The notes: generated by a model not told the origin, from the sequence alone. DNA of 64,000 nt from Paraphysomonas bandaiensis (GCA_965644295.1 CBFFRP010000119.1:124001-188000); one strand, 5' to 3'. Numbered from the stretch's first letter, positions 49,052-62,907 are shown. Numbers and translations: made by a program.

Positions 49052-51202
49052 CTGTTAATAGAGCTTAGAGTCTTATAGTTGTTATCAGGGCCTAGTAGCT
49101 GTTAATGGTAATGAAATTAATGGAATTTTAATGGCTATTACAATTGACGGCACATTTTTCATTATTGCCATTATAATTGCCGGGAACTTCCTAGACTACC
49201 ATTAATGGACCAGTAATGACATCCCATTACTGTGTTTTCTGAGCGAGCAAACTGGCATTCCTTGATGAAAAATCTAAAGACGTTTAAGAATGCCAGTTTA
49301 ATTTCATTCGACAGCAATTACGACAAGAATTGATTTAGCACAGTGTGTTCTGGACAGCATCGAGGTTACCAAGAGAGCTCGACACTGTACCTACGAGCCC
49401 AGCTGCCGCTGCTTGCTTTATATCAAAGCACAATCTAGTGCTGTTTTAGAGAGGCTCTTTAGTCGTTCAGAGTTGATTAGACACCTGAATCCATATTGCT
49501 ATTCCTGCGAGACAATTACATGTTGTGGGATGCTTATATATGCCCTCCATGAAGCCCTGCAAGTAGATCCTGATACCCTGATGTGCCAGTGGAGAGCGAG
49601 AAGTTGTTACAATTCGTAGTCTCTCTTGCATACACTCTCTTGTATATGTGTTATTATCTGCCGCTGGATATAAGACGGCAAAAGCTTCATTCACTGCTAG
49701 AAATAATTCCTACACTTGTTGTAAGCATTATTCGTCTCCACAAGGAATCACCATATATAGGTCCAGGAGAGTTCAAAGGACACAACAGCGACAATCCTGC
49801 AACCACCCCTCATAAACTCACCAAGGGAAGGGATATTACTCCGACTATATAGTGGTGACGGACCGCAAAAATGTACGGAGACTAGACAAACCAAATCTCC
49901 AAAAATAACCGCTCCACCACTTGTTTTGCTCACTGATTACTTTTCCCATCACAGCGCCACACTCCGCCTCTCCACCCATCTCTCAGATCCTTACTACTAC
50001 ACAGAACCCTGTACCTCCACACAGAGCCCGGTGGAATCTCATCCCAAGAAGGGGAGACCCCCTGATCACATCCGCCAGTGAGCAGGCTTGCGTAACCATT
50101 AGTGGCCATTAATTTTTAAAATCCCCCATTTTTATGGCCATTAATGATGGCTTCAGAAAAAGAATTAAACGGAAAGTGTTAATAATTAGACTAAGTCTTA
50201 GCTATTTAACAGCAATGATGAGCAGTTCGTTCCCATGTTACAGGTCAGATATTATATCACATCAACTTATATATTATAGCTAATGCGAACAATATTCTTA
50301 AACATATAATCAGCAACTATAATTAACATCATCAATGGTAACTTTTTGTTCCATAAGAATTTGTTGCAACATGCAAAAAGAGTAGCAGCTCCAAATGCTG
50401 GGGTTCCATTATTTTAGCTTGCGCTGGTCTCTCATAATAAGCTTTGCTCTGCTAAATAATCGCTCAACGATATTGGAAGTCGTCACCAAATGATTCATGT
50501 GGAGCGATATTTAGTGGCTCTCCTGCTGTTATTTGCCTTTTTTGCCACAGCTTCTCTCACTATATCTACAGCAAATCCTCTTGTTTCCCCCGTTTCATCA
50601 TCGCCACTGCTATCGTCATCCTTTTATGAGCCGCAAGGAGATATAGCCCTTAACGGTTTTAGCTTCTGCAACAGTCAGAGTATTCTCCAGTTAGTTGGCT
50701 TTTTGGATCTTCACAACAGCTCTCTCGAATATTGGGTCAGTTGTAATGGTAGCATTAGCACCAAGATACTGTTCCATATCTGGAAAGTTTTCAATAAATT
50801 TGTCAAAAACATGCTACGCACAACATAATGATCTACAGACGATTTCTGCAGCATCAATGCGACTTCGTTGCACTTTTTTAGCAAGGTCTCTGCTGATGTC
50901 ACTTGCGCGATCCGTCGGTGCTGTGGTACAGAAGGTAGTAAGTCCATAACATCGTCATTGAAATTATCACAAGTCAACACAGGAGTAAAAGTAACAAATA
51001 CCGCTTCCATGAATGATGGACAGAGTTCCAGCGTGTGTCATTCCAAAGACAAACAGCATTGTAGGACTATCCACTTACATATAGAATATATACGTGTACA
51101 TGTCCTGTATTATATGATTAGTAGTACAGTACTGTATTGTATACGTGTACCATGTAGTTAGGAATACAAACTGTAGGGAATGTGATTGTTGGGATTAGCA
51201 AT

Positions 51203-51286
51203 AGCCGTTGATATTGTAGACAGTATTATTAGCCGTTGATATTGTAGACAGTATTATTAGCCGTTGATATTGTAGACAGTATTATT
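51203..51286 (+). repeat. 3 x 28-bp tandem repeat inside the LTR (also at 56468-56551)
   Basis: AGCCGTTGATATTGTAGACAGTATTATT x3. Confidence 0.95.
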
Positions 51287-51425
51287 CATGATTCATTATA
51301 CGATAATAATCATTATTTTGTACTTCTGTACTTGGGTATTGCTTTGCACACATACACATATGTATGCAAGCCCACAGTAATATTACTTAATAAGTAGTAC
51401 TCAATCTCTGTGATATAACAATATT

Positions 51426-54400
51426 ATGGGGGAAAGTAAGAGAAGCAAAATAAAAGCAGCTCCTCAAATAGAGGAATTGTTAGCTGCTTCGGGTTCTTCG
51501 TCTAAAAAGACGAAAAGAGAGAGAGAATCCTCTCGAAAACGAGCAAGAGATGCAACAACATCATCTCAAATGCAATCTTCTCCTCAAACTGAGACATCAG
51601 TAGAGGCTGAAGGAGAATTGAGTGGAGTATCATTTCGTGAGCTCTCTTCTTCTCAACCAAAGAGAAAGAAGCAAAGGAGTGGAGATCCGCACCCCAACAG
51701 GAGTGAGCGCATTGACTTGAATGAAGTCATTGCGACGGAATCCACTCCACATGAAGTAATCAATACCGACTCTATTCCCTACTTAGGTAGTGTGCAAGAT
51801 GAGGATATCATCGAATTTTGTGAAAATCTCTCGAAAAGAGATCCTAAAGGGACAAAATTCATAAGGTCAGAAATCATGGCACCAACAGTGCGTGATATGC
51901 TTCAGTTTCAGCGACAGCAGGATTTTGGAGATGAGTCTGACGAGGACTGGCTAGATCCAAACATTGTAACTACTGAGGAATTGATTCAGTGGTTAAAGCA
52001 AGCCTTTCTAGAGGAAGAGGAGCGATACTCTGATACATTGGAGCCTCTTCCTAGGTTCATAGATAATATCATTGGACCAAAGGTTAAGGTGGATATTCAT
52101 GTTCCTAAAGTATTCTTAAAAGAATATGGACGTCTGAATGAGCTTTATAAGCTCATTCCGGAGGCAAGTCTCACAGAGGTAGCCTCGGATACCATAGTCA
52201 AAACCCTCAAGAAAAACATTAAACTTGTGGGCGGACATTCCTTCAGAAAGGATGCCAAAGAGAAATTTATAGCGGATATAGGCCAAGGTCAATCTGCACC
52301 AAAAGATTTCGGAGCATTCTGTAGAAAGGTGCGAGAGCTTAACAATGACTATAGTCAAGCTGTGAGAAAAGTAAAGAGGATGGAAACTAAATTGGATTCC
52401 AAAGAAACATCTAAGTCTAACAAGACTAAGAATACAAAAACTTCATCCTCCAGCTCATCCTCAAGTACTAAAGCAACAACTGATACTAAGGAAGCATGTT
52501 GGATATGCGGTAATCTTCATAAAGGTGACTGCACCCGCAAAACCTGTGCATGGGCTAACCATGAAAAGAAGCCATGGAAAGATTCCACACAGGGCAAAAA
52601 ATATGCGGTTATGGGTTGGAGTACCTGCCCTTATGTGGAGAATCCTGATGGTCCTCCAAGATCGAAAACAAGTAAGTTATCATGCCCTAAGTGTTTATAT
52701 ATAAATGCTATTGACATGAATAATGATATGCTCGATGTCTTTGTATATCCTAAAGCTGATGTCAATGTACAACAGGTAAAGGAAAATCTAAGAGCTAAAG
52801 CCTTATTGGACACGGGGGCTACTGGGAATAATTTCATTAACCAAGAACTTGCTGATATGTTAGTTGCTAGGTATAGAATTCCATTGCACGAGTGTAACAT
52901 TAAAATTTGTAGTGCGCTTGATAATGCTTGTTGTAGTAGCAAGCAATATATGATAATAACTATAAGATTAACTGATGAGTATAACAATACTCTTGATATT
53001 GAGTTGCAATGTTTGATAATAGATAGCACCTTTGATATCATAATTGGTAGAGAAACTATCAAGAAATATAGATTAGTTGATCATTTTCCATCTCACTTTA
53101 TGGAAAGAGAGTTAGCAGGGAAAATGCTAGCTACGGCCGCGGGCCATGCTGAGAAGACTCAGCTTCTCTCGGAACATATTAGTGAGAGAGCCACATGTTA
53201 TAATAACATGGAAACATTAAGGCGCCAAGCTAAGGAACACCTTAGTTATAATAATAATTTACTTACAAGTAATAGCTTGGTTAGTACTATGTATTCACCT
53301 CCAATATCATCCATGCGTATAAGTGCATATGAAAAGGAAGATATAGGCGAGATTAGAGATAACTATCTGGAGTCAATCCCAGAAGAAATAGTTACAAATA
53401 CTCAGGAAAAAGTAGAAGGTACTACGTTACCAACTAAAATCTCTGGTCCCGAATCTTTACAAAGGAGGGTGAGAGAAATCCATGAAATCTATAAGGATAG
53501 ATTTAGAACCACAGTGTCGGATATGCCAATGGATGTTCCACCTTTTGAATTAGAGGTAGATAGGGATGCTTGGGAACAACCAAAACATTGTGGTCCGCCA
53601 CGAAAGATGGATCGAGTACGACAGTATGCTTGTAAAAAGCAAATCGATACATTTGTGGAGCATGGAATAATACAACCAAGTACGGCTCCTTATTATAGCC
53701 AGGTATTATTAGTTCCCAAACCAAATGATAAATGGCGATTCTGTGTAGACTATAAAGGTCTAAACAAGCACACACAGAGGGAACGTTGGCCAATACCTAA
53801 CATCAAAGAAATGTTAGAACGTATTGGGTCTAAGAAACCCAAATACTTCATAATTCTGGATTTAGTATCTGGTTATTACCAGGCTAAAATTTCAGAGTAC
53901 TCGAGAAAGTGGACGGCATTTATAACCTTCTGGGGAGTATTCGAATGGCTCCGACTACCCATGGGTTTGAGTGGTGCTCCATCATACTTTCAACGAGTAT
54001 TAACAACAATTGTGCTTGCCGGGTTGATTATGTTCATATGTGAATTATATCTAGATGACCTGATTATATATGCTTCTACAGAAGATGAACTAATTGAAAA
54101 TTACGTTAAAGTTCTAGAACGCTTCAGGAAATACAATGTTTACATTAATCCTGAGAAAGTGAAAATAGGAGAGTCCGAAGTACAATATGTAGGACATACT
54201 CTAAATGAGGAAGGGTTACACTTTACTAGAGAACGTCTGGATAGTGTATTAAATTTCCCAAAGCCTGAAACTATGAAGGGTCTAAAATCTTTCCTCGGAT
54301 TGGCAAATTATTTTCGGGATCACGTGCACAACCACTCCTTAGTGGTGAGACCGTTAAATAAAATGCTTCTCAACTATCATAGACGTAAACGTCTACAATG

Positions 54401-56259
54401 GACAGAGGATGCCAATGAAGCATTTGAAAAGATCAAATTGATGATCCATGAATGTCCAACATTATTTTTCATTGATGACGAGTCACCAATATATTTATTG
54501 ACCGATGCATCTGATTATGGAATAGGAGCATACCTCTACCAAGTAGTAGATGGTGTAGAACGTCCAATAGGATTTCTCAGTAAAACATTCGATGAAAGAA
54601 TGATGAATTGGGATACACCTCAGAAAGAAGGATATGCTATATACTATGCCTTAGATAAATGGGACTACCTATTAAGGTATAGATACTTTACGATCAAAAC
54701 AGATCATAAAAATATTACTCAGTTGAGAACTGATTACGCTAAGGATAAGAAAGTTCAGCGATGGTTGAAATGTTTCCAAGCATATGATTATGATCTATGT
54801 GATATTAAAGGATCTGATAATGTTGTTGCTGATGCATTTAGTAGACTATGTGCATTAGAATCTAAAATGGAAACAAAATGTGCTTCCCTAATTCCCGATA
54901 TTAAAGTTCCAAACAAGGAATGGGAAATTATTAAAAGATTTCATAACAATGTTACAGGTCATCATGGTATTGATCGTACAATACAAAAATTACGAGACAA
55001 TGGTCATAAATGGTCAAAGCAAGGGGCACATGTGACAAAATTTATTAAAACTTGTCCTTGTTGTCAAAAGATGAGTAGAATTAAACCAATAATTAATGCT
55101 CATCCCTTTACTGTCTCAACATATGGCCCGATGCAAAGAATAGCAGTGGATTTTATTCAGAGTCTGCATCCAGATGAGGATGGATACACTAATATATTAG
55201 TGATTATCGATTCTTTTTCTAGGTGGGTAGAATTAATCCCTACTAAGAATCTCACTGCCATGGCGGCGGCAAAGGGGATTGCTTCAACACCTGGGTAGAT
55301 ATGGAGCACCTATTGAGATTCATTCGGATCTTGGACCAGCATTTGTGGATGATTTAACAAAATCATTGATAGAAATGGTTGGAAGTAATCAATCATTTTC
55401 GATGGCGTATTCTAAAGAAGAAAATGCTATAGTGGAACGTGCTAATAAAGAAATTTTAAGGCACTTAAGAAATATTATATTTGATAAAAATGTACTAAAT
55501 AATTGGTCAATGTATCTACCTTTAGTACAAAGAATTATGAATTCTTCTAAACATAGAAGCACCGGCGTTACTCCCGCTAGTATTCTATTTGGGAATGCAG
55601 TAGATTTAGATAAGAGTTTATTCATTGAACACAATGAGAACTTGGACGGGAACGAACAAAAGCTATCACATTGGATAGATAGAATACAAAAGGTTCAGTC
55701 CACTATTATGGATGTTGCAAGACGAAATCTTCGCAAACATGATGAAATCCACATGGCAACTGCACCAAATATACAAACAAAAGAATTTCCAATAAATTCT
55801 TATGTGTTAGTTGAGCATAGACAAAATGCTTTACGTCCTGGACCGGCAAGTAAGTTATTACCATATCTTAAAGGTCCAATGCGAGTAGTCAATGTTATTG
55901 GAGACAAATATACTCTTCAAGATATTGTTACTAAACGTAATAAAGACTATCATATAAAGAAATTAAGGGAATTTAATTACGATCCCTCTACTATTGACCC
56001 CTTACAAGTGGCATGTAAAGATGGTGGAAACTTTTATGCTATTGACCATATTTCAAAAATAAAAGGTCGAGCTAAAGGTCCGAAAAGTCAAATAAAATTT
56101 CTAGTACATTGGATAGGGTATGAAAAACCTACATGGGAACCATGGGCTAACGTTAGAAAAACGTATGCTCTACAAAATTTCCTAACTCAACATCCTGATG
56201 AAAATGTAAGAAATTTACTACCTCGAAATGTGGTTTATTCTTCTGATGAAGAAGATTAA
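51426..56259 (+). CDS. gag-pol: Gag-Pol polyprotein (Zn knuckle, PR, RT, RH, IN, chromodomain), split by a 1-nt frameshift at ~55274-55277
   Basis: CWICGNLHKGDC, LLDTGA, YLDD, TDAS, H-H-C-C finger and IAVDF, then in the second frame HSDLG...AIVERAN, GPM and chromo-like YAIDHI...KFLVHWIGYEKPTWEPWANV. Confidence 0.92.
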
Positions 56260-58463
56260 TAACAAAGTTTACAGAATTGAGTGTCAATATAACACATTAA
56301 CACATCAATTATAAGGGGAGGTAGTGTAGGACTATCCACTTACATATAGAATATATACGTGTACATGTCCTGTATTATATGATTAGTAGTACAGTACTGT
56401 ATTGTATACGTGTACCATGTAGTTAGGAATACAAACTGTAGGGAATGTGATTGTTGGGATTAGCAATAGCCGTTGATATTGTAGACAGTATTATTAGCCG
56501 TTGATATTGTAGACAGTATTATTAGCCGTTGATATTGTAGACAGTATTATTCATGATTCATTATACGATAATAATCATTATTTTGTACTTCTGTACTTGG
56601 GTATTGCTTTGCACACATACACATATGTATGCAAGCCCACAGCATAACCAGATACTTTTTGTAACCTTGATGAAATCTTCATAAGATTTTGCACTACGTC
56701 TAGCAAATCATCTTCACCTTCATAAAGTTTGGAAACTGCAAGAAGGTTTAATTTGTGAGATGTGCCAATTTTCTGTTGACGCTACGGTTATCACCAGCCA
56801 CGAATTCAATGTTATCAAAATTGCGACCAACAAGATTTAATTCGTCGAAAATGTAATCTCCGATAGACTCAGCTGTAAAAAGTCAATATATATCTTCATC
56901 ATTATCGTCATAATCGTCCTCCTCATCCTGTGGACCACAGCACAACAATACAGTTGTTACATTGCCTTTACCATCTGACCATGTTGCAAAAATTGCTATG
57001 TAGTGCTCGGTTCCGCAAGTCCAACCATGCAAAATAAGACCGGAAGAATTGCTGCATATCGCATTTCTTAAATCTATATAGATGGTTGGTTTTGCTATAT
57101 TACTGCTGTCCAACAAGTGAAAGTTTAAAAAATGGACTATTTTTGTTTTAATCAGAGGGGAAAAAATGGGAACATAAACAAGAGATGGATGAAGTTGCAG
57201 ATCAACATCACTGAGAACTCTGAGCAAATGGCGATTTAATAAGTATTAAAAATGCAATATTTGTATGCGTTGTCACGTACACATTGCAAATATGATCGAG
57301 CCACTCGTGTTGTAATTTCTTCTCGTTGAAATTAAAGTCTCCGTTATTGCTTATTCACTATACTCACAATCTTTACATCATATTTTTATCTTTTTGTATT
57401 ATAATATATTACATAAAAAGTTCTTATTGCTTATGCTGACAAGTGGCTGAGCTGTAAATTTAAAACTAGAAAAGGTGGTACAATCAATTCATGTTAACAT
57501 TCACAACATGATTGATTGTGATGTTATCACACCGATAATAGAATTTATATGAATTCTTAAAACTTAAAACAAATTGCTTAAATGACTTAAATACGTATAT
57601 AATAATGGACCGGAAGGTCGTGGCTTGTCACGTATTCTTACATGGTGCTGACAACTAGATACTAACTAATGGATATTGCCATTAATGGCCATTAATGCGC
57701 ACTACATCTCTCCCCCATTCTTATGGCCATTAATAAATTGCTTTTTTTCCATTTTATAGGGGAAGGCCGTAAATGGCCTTTACCATTAATGGTTACGCAA
57801 GCCTGCCAGTGAGTCCACACTAGGTACACAACCAGTGAGTCCACACTAGATACACTCAGAAGCCCGGTGGAATCTCATCCCAAGAAGGGGAGACCCCCTG
57901 ATCACATCCGCCTAGTAGGACACACGATCACGGCGAACCTCACAATCAACATTGTGAACGGAAGTGGTCGCACCTTGGTGCTTCCGTAGCGTTAAATAGT
58001 AGGATAAGAAAAGTGTGTACTGATTAGTAATGGGTAGAGGTCTAAATAGTCTGTCTAGTATTCAACTAGCCACTACATTGGTGTAGATTTTTAACGCCTA
58101 TTACTAAATAATAAGACTTTCAATAATCAATTAATTCATAGTCTGTTAATACCACACTATCTATTATGAGCGGTAGTATCTTCTTAGATATTAATGGCAA
58201 TTAATGGGCCATTATATTTTCCGGGAACTGGACTACCATTAAAGGGCCATTAATGGTTACCAGGCCCTGGTTGTAATTGCAATGTTGCATGATTAATGAC
58301 GGGATAATTTCAATGGTTGCCCCATATATGGAATTCCTGTTAAGTTCATACAATTCGCAGTTTCTTCAACATTACAGACTAGCTACTAACGACGAATTCC
58401 AATGCGCTACTAGCCTTAGGCTGAGGTATTAGTTACTTGCGTCATATTTCAAGCTATAATATT

Positions 58464-60303
58464 TTAAAGACGACTTCGTAACTCCATTGCAGTTCGAACC
58501 ATACTCGGCTTTATGTCCTATAGAGACAAGATATAGAACGTCAGAAAAAACAGACCGTAAATTATACACTTACAGCTATTTTAGTACACCCGCTCAAAGC
58601 CATCGCCAAGTGAAGTTCCTCTTTTAGCAAATTTAACACGTTAAACACACCATCCTCCCCGGAATGTGCAAGTCCCCATAAAATAGGACGGCCAACAAAT
58701 ACCGCTCTAGCTCCTAAGGCCAGCGCCTTGCACAAAGAATTGTGATATTACGAGACCTATTAATTCAGATTTCCATATATACCTTGAGTGCATCTGTCCC
58801 TCTGGTAACTCCCCCATCGACATATACCTCTGCTCTACCCGCTACGACTTCACAAATTCCTTTTAAGACTTCTACTCCCGCCGGAACCGTGTCCAGCTGT
58901 CTCGCACCGTGATTTGATACCCAGATACCATCTACTCCATGCTTCACGCCTAAGAGCGCATCTTCTTTGGACATTACCCCTTTGACTACTATTTTCATAC
59001 TAGTAACCGTTTTTAGCCAGTCAATGTCGTCCCAAGTGAGTGTGCGGTCGATTAGTCCAGCAACGTAAGATGCCAGTCCAGAGCCTTTGGAGCCAGATTC
59101 CTTGGTACCCGCGGCGTGTTCTCCCCCTTGAGAAGTGAAATTTCCCATTGTCAAGTGAGAAGGAAGGGCAAAACGGTTTCGAATATCGGCCTGAATCAAT
59201 AGCACAAAATAAACTTCAAAATCAAAATCTGATCATGTACAGGACTTCAGGAGGTTGACACCACGCTTCCAAACATTTATAATTGCCTGTATCACGCACC
59301 TCTCTTCGACCTAGAATTGGTGCATCGACTGTGACAGCTAAGGCCTTGTACCCTGCCCTTTCCGCTCTCTTTATTAGATCAAGGGTTACCTCTCGGTCCT
59401 TGTACACATACAGTTGGAACCATCGGAGACTTGAGGGACATGCCTGAGCAACGTCCTCAATTGAAAGAGTAGACCATGACGAGAGAGTCATTAAAGTTCC
59501 ATGCCTAAATTAAAGATTATCATAAGCTTTACAAGTAAGTAATTAAAATTACATCACATTAAATGAAATCAAAATATAAGCAAATTAGCTATTTTAAGCA
59601 CTACTGCAGCTAATAAAGGTATGCAGAACCTAGTACTATACTCTTCATACATAACTACACGTACCTATCTGCTGCCTTAGCTGTAGCCACCTCCCCACCC
59701 TCATTAGCCATCTGTTGCATTGCTGTGGGAGCCACGCAAATAGGAAACGCTATCTGTGGAATCGAAAATACGTTAACCATACAGAATTGACTTTGATAAC
59801 ATCTTACCTTTTCGCCTAGAATCGTCGTCTGCATGTCAATATTGGATACATCGACAAGCATTTTAGGAATGAGTCGCAGTCGACCGAAAGCCGCCCTGTT
59901 CTCTTGCAGAGAGATCATATCATTGGCTCCACTTGCATAGTAATCGTACGCGTTCCTGCGTGTAGTTTAGTTGATTAGTGTAATAAAACAATAAGCCATG
60001 CAAGCAGATGCAAAGGGATGGCGTATGTATGCAGTGTGGTATGTATGCTATAGATGTACGTGTAAAGCACCTGGGCAGACTATCGTGAGCATATCGCTCA
60101 TACTCTGATACATTTACGGGGGCAGGACCGGCCTTGGCTACACGGTGAACCCATTGCTCCTGCACAGGACCCAGAGGCTTACTCATTCCAGCAATAAGTT
60201 GAATTGGGTGCAAGACACGAGCGATACTCAGCCCTGCTGTTGATGTATATGCCGACACCGCACCTGCAGCATGTACTGCTGCACTGCCTGTACGTCGAGA
60301 CAT
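58464..60303 (-). CDS. Peroxisomal glycolate oxidase / (S)-2-hydroxy-acid oxidase, multi-exon (start 60303 or 60186)
   Basis: [57 protein letters not shown]. Last exon ends ...ELRSRL* (PTS1). Confidence 0.93.
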
Positions 60304-60389
60304 GTACAGCAGAACAGCAGGCCCTACTGCTGTATATGCATCATTGTTCTAGATTATATTATTAGAATACAGCTGCTCATCCGTATAGT

Positions 60390-61830
60390 ATACCATGCAT
60401 GATATGCAGGATATACCATGCATGATATGCAGGATATAACGCACATGCATGATATGCAGGATATAGCATGCATGATATGCAGGATATACCATGCATGATA
60501 TGCAGGATATAGCATGCATGATATGCAGGATATACCATGCATGATATGCAGGATATAACGCACATGCATGATATGCAGGATATAGCATGCATGATATGCA
60601 GGATATACCATGCATGATATGCAGGATATAGCATGCATGATATGCAGGATATACCATGCATGATATGCAGGATATACCATGCATGATATGCAGGATATAA
60701 CGCACATGCATGATATGCAGGATATACCATGCATGATATGCAGGATATAGCATGCATGATATGCAGGATACAGCATGCATGATGTGCAGGATATAACGCA
60801 CATGCATGATATGCAGGATATAACGCACATGCATGATATGCAGGATATAGCATGCATGATATGCAGGATATACCATGCATGATATGCAGGATATAGCATG
60901 CATGATATGCAGGATATACCATGCATGATATGCAGGATATAGCATGCATGATATGCAGGATATAACGCACATGCATGATATGCAGGATATACCATGCATG
61001 ATATGCAGGATATAGCATGCATGATATGCAGGATATAACGCACATGCATGATATGCAGGATATACCATGCATGATATGCAGGATATACCATGCATGATAT
61101 GCAGGATACAGCATGCATGATATGCAGGATATAACGCACATGCATGATATGCAGGATATAACGCACATGCATGATATGCAGGATATAACGCACATGCATG
61201 ATATGCAGGATATAACGCACATGCATGATATGCAGGATATACCATGCATGATATGCAGGATATAACGCACATGCATGATATGCAGGATATAACGCACATG
61301 CATGATATGCAGGATACAGCATGTATGCTATGCAGGATATAACGCACAGGCATGATATGCAGGATATAGCATGCATGATATGCAGGATATAGCATGCATG
61401 ATATGCAGGATATAACGCACAGGCATGATATGCAGGATATAGCATGCATGATATGCAGGATATAACGCACATGCATGATATGCAGGATATAGCATGCATG
61501 ATATGCAGGATATAACGCACATGCATGATATGCAGGATATAACGCACATGCATGGTATGCAGGATATAACGCACATGCATAGACGCATGCATGATATGCA
61601 GGATATAGCATGCATGATATGCCGGATATAGCATGCATGATATGCAGGATATAACGCACATGCATGATATGTAGGATATAGCATGCATGATATGCAGGAT
61701 ATAGCATGCACGATATGCCGGATATAGCATGCATTATATGCAGGATATAACATGCATGATATATATGCCGGATATAACATGCATGATGTATATGCTGGAT
61801 ATAACGCACATGCACGATATGCAGGATATA
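60390..61830. repeat. Minisatellite of 23/27-bp variant units with core CATGCATGATATGCAGGATATA
   Basis: Units carry C-, G- or ACGCA- prefixes interspersed along the array, which degrades toward the right end. Confidence 0.97.
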
Positions 61831-62327
61831 CAGTCACAGCATATACTACACAAAAATATATGTTCACTGTATTTGATGCCAAGTTAATGCCAACTCTTAA
61901 AGTAGGGATACTACGCATCTAGTGGATATATATGTGACGGATTATAGCGGAATTGTGTATTGTGTATTTTAATGCCGTTTACACCGTTCGCATACACAAT
62001 CCGGTACTATTTCGATTTACAGAATTGAGGGTATAGTTCATAATCGGAATTTCTTATTAACATTGAGAAAACATAAGTACTGGTTCTGTTTTTACTATTG
62101 GCATTGGCACTATATAATACAAACAGACAAGCAGTACTTAAAAGTAACCGAAAGGCTTTTTTGGAGCAAGGTACTCATTCGAATTCAATTGCATAGTCAA
62201 TGCATTAAGGGCTTATGCAATAAAAAGAGTATCATTCAATGCCTTGCTTTATGCCCTATGGTTGTCCCAGGTTTCTTCAGAAAGAGTTAGAGTTCTAGAA
62301 TTCTCATTGCTATATCGAGAAGAATAT

Positions 62328-62680
62328 CAGGGCCTGGTAACTATTAATGACCCATTAATGGTAGTCTAGTTCCCGGCAATTATAATGGCATTAATGAAAA
62401 ATGTCCCGGAAATTATAATGGCCATTAATGGCTATTTTACCTACTAACTTTTAAAGTAGATAGCACCACTCATATAATAGATAGTGTTGTGCAACCTTAA
62501 TTACTAATTTTTAGTTAAATAGTAGACTACAAATTTTAACTACTTCTCGCTCTCTACTGGCACATCAGGATCTTCTTGCAGGGCTTCATGGAGGGTATAA
62601 ACATCCCACAACATGTAATTGGCTCGTAGGAATAGCAACGATTCTAGACGATATGGATTCATGTTTCTACGCTCAGGTCA
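62328..62680. mobile_element. Truncated copy of hAT-like family B
   Basis: Starts CAGGGCCTGGTAAC. Reverse-complement similarity to ~58150-58269 and ~49480-49580. Confidence 0.7.
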
Positions 62681-62907
62681 TAATAATCAACAATAGTATG
62701 TGTGTCAATATAGGATTAAATTTTAATTATAGGCATGCAAAATCGGTGGTAGCACACTGCGAACTCAGTGGATAGTGTACCTTATTACTTGTTTTTAATT
62801 TACTAGTACGATAAAAAAGTTTTCTAAAGATAAAATTCAAATAGCTTTTGTAATGTCCACTTAATCGATGTTAGAAATAACGAAATAGATGTACTTTATA
62901 TAAAATT

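Larger units (their letters stand above)
51060..56641 (+). mobile_element. Complete chromodomain-bearing Ty3/Gypsy LTR retrotransposon (chromovirus-like)
   Basis: 317-bp TG...CA LTRs at 51060-51376 and 56325-56641. 4-bp TSD GCAT. PPT AAGGGGAGG at 56313-56321. Confidence 0.96.
50083..57805 (-). mobile_element. Decayed hAT transposon, family C, interrupted by a Gypsy element
   Basis: TIR CAGGCTTGCGTAACCATTA at both ends. Perfect 8-bp TSD CCAGTGAG at 50075-50082 and 57806-57813. Minus-strand relics LHGWT..HYIAIFA, FVAGDNRSVN, NDTRWNS, TSNIVERLFS. Confidence 0.9.
49086..58269. mobile_element. Outer hAT-like element, family B, hosting two nested insertions
   Basis: Ends CAGGGCCTAGTAGCTGTTAATGG / CCATTAATGGTTACCAGGCCCTG. 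TSD GTTGTTAT / GTTGTAAT (7/8). Relic SSAVLERLFS near 49436-49465. Confidence 0.7.

Noticed and set aside
51203-51286. 28-bp repeats of CRISPR-like length
   Set aside because: Directly tandem without spacers and duplicated in both LTRs; ordinary LTR internal repeat.
60349-61918. 308-488 aa minus-strand ORFs and a possible CRISPR-like array
   Set aside because: Translations of a tandem minisatellite; no unique spacers, no cas genes, eukaryotic context.
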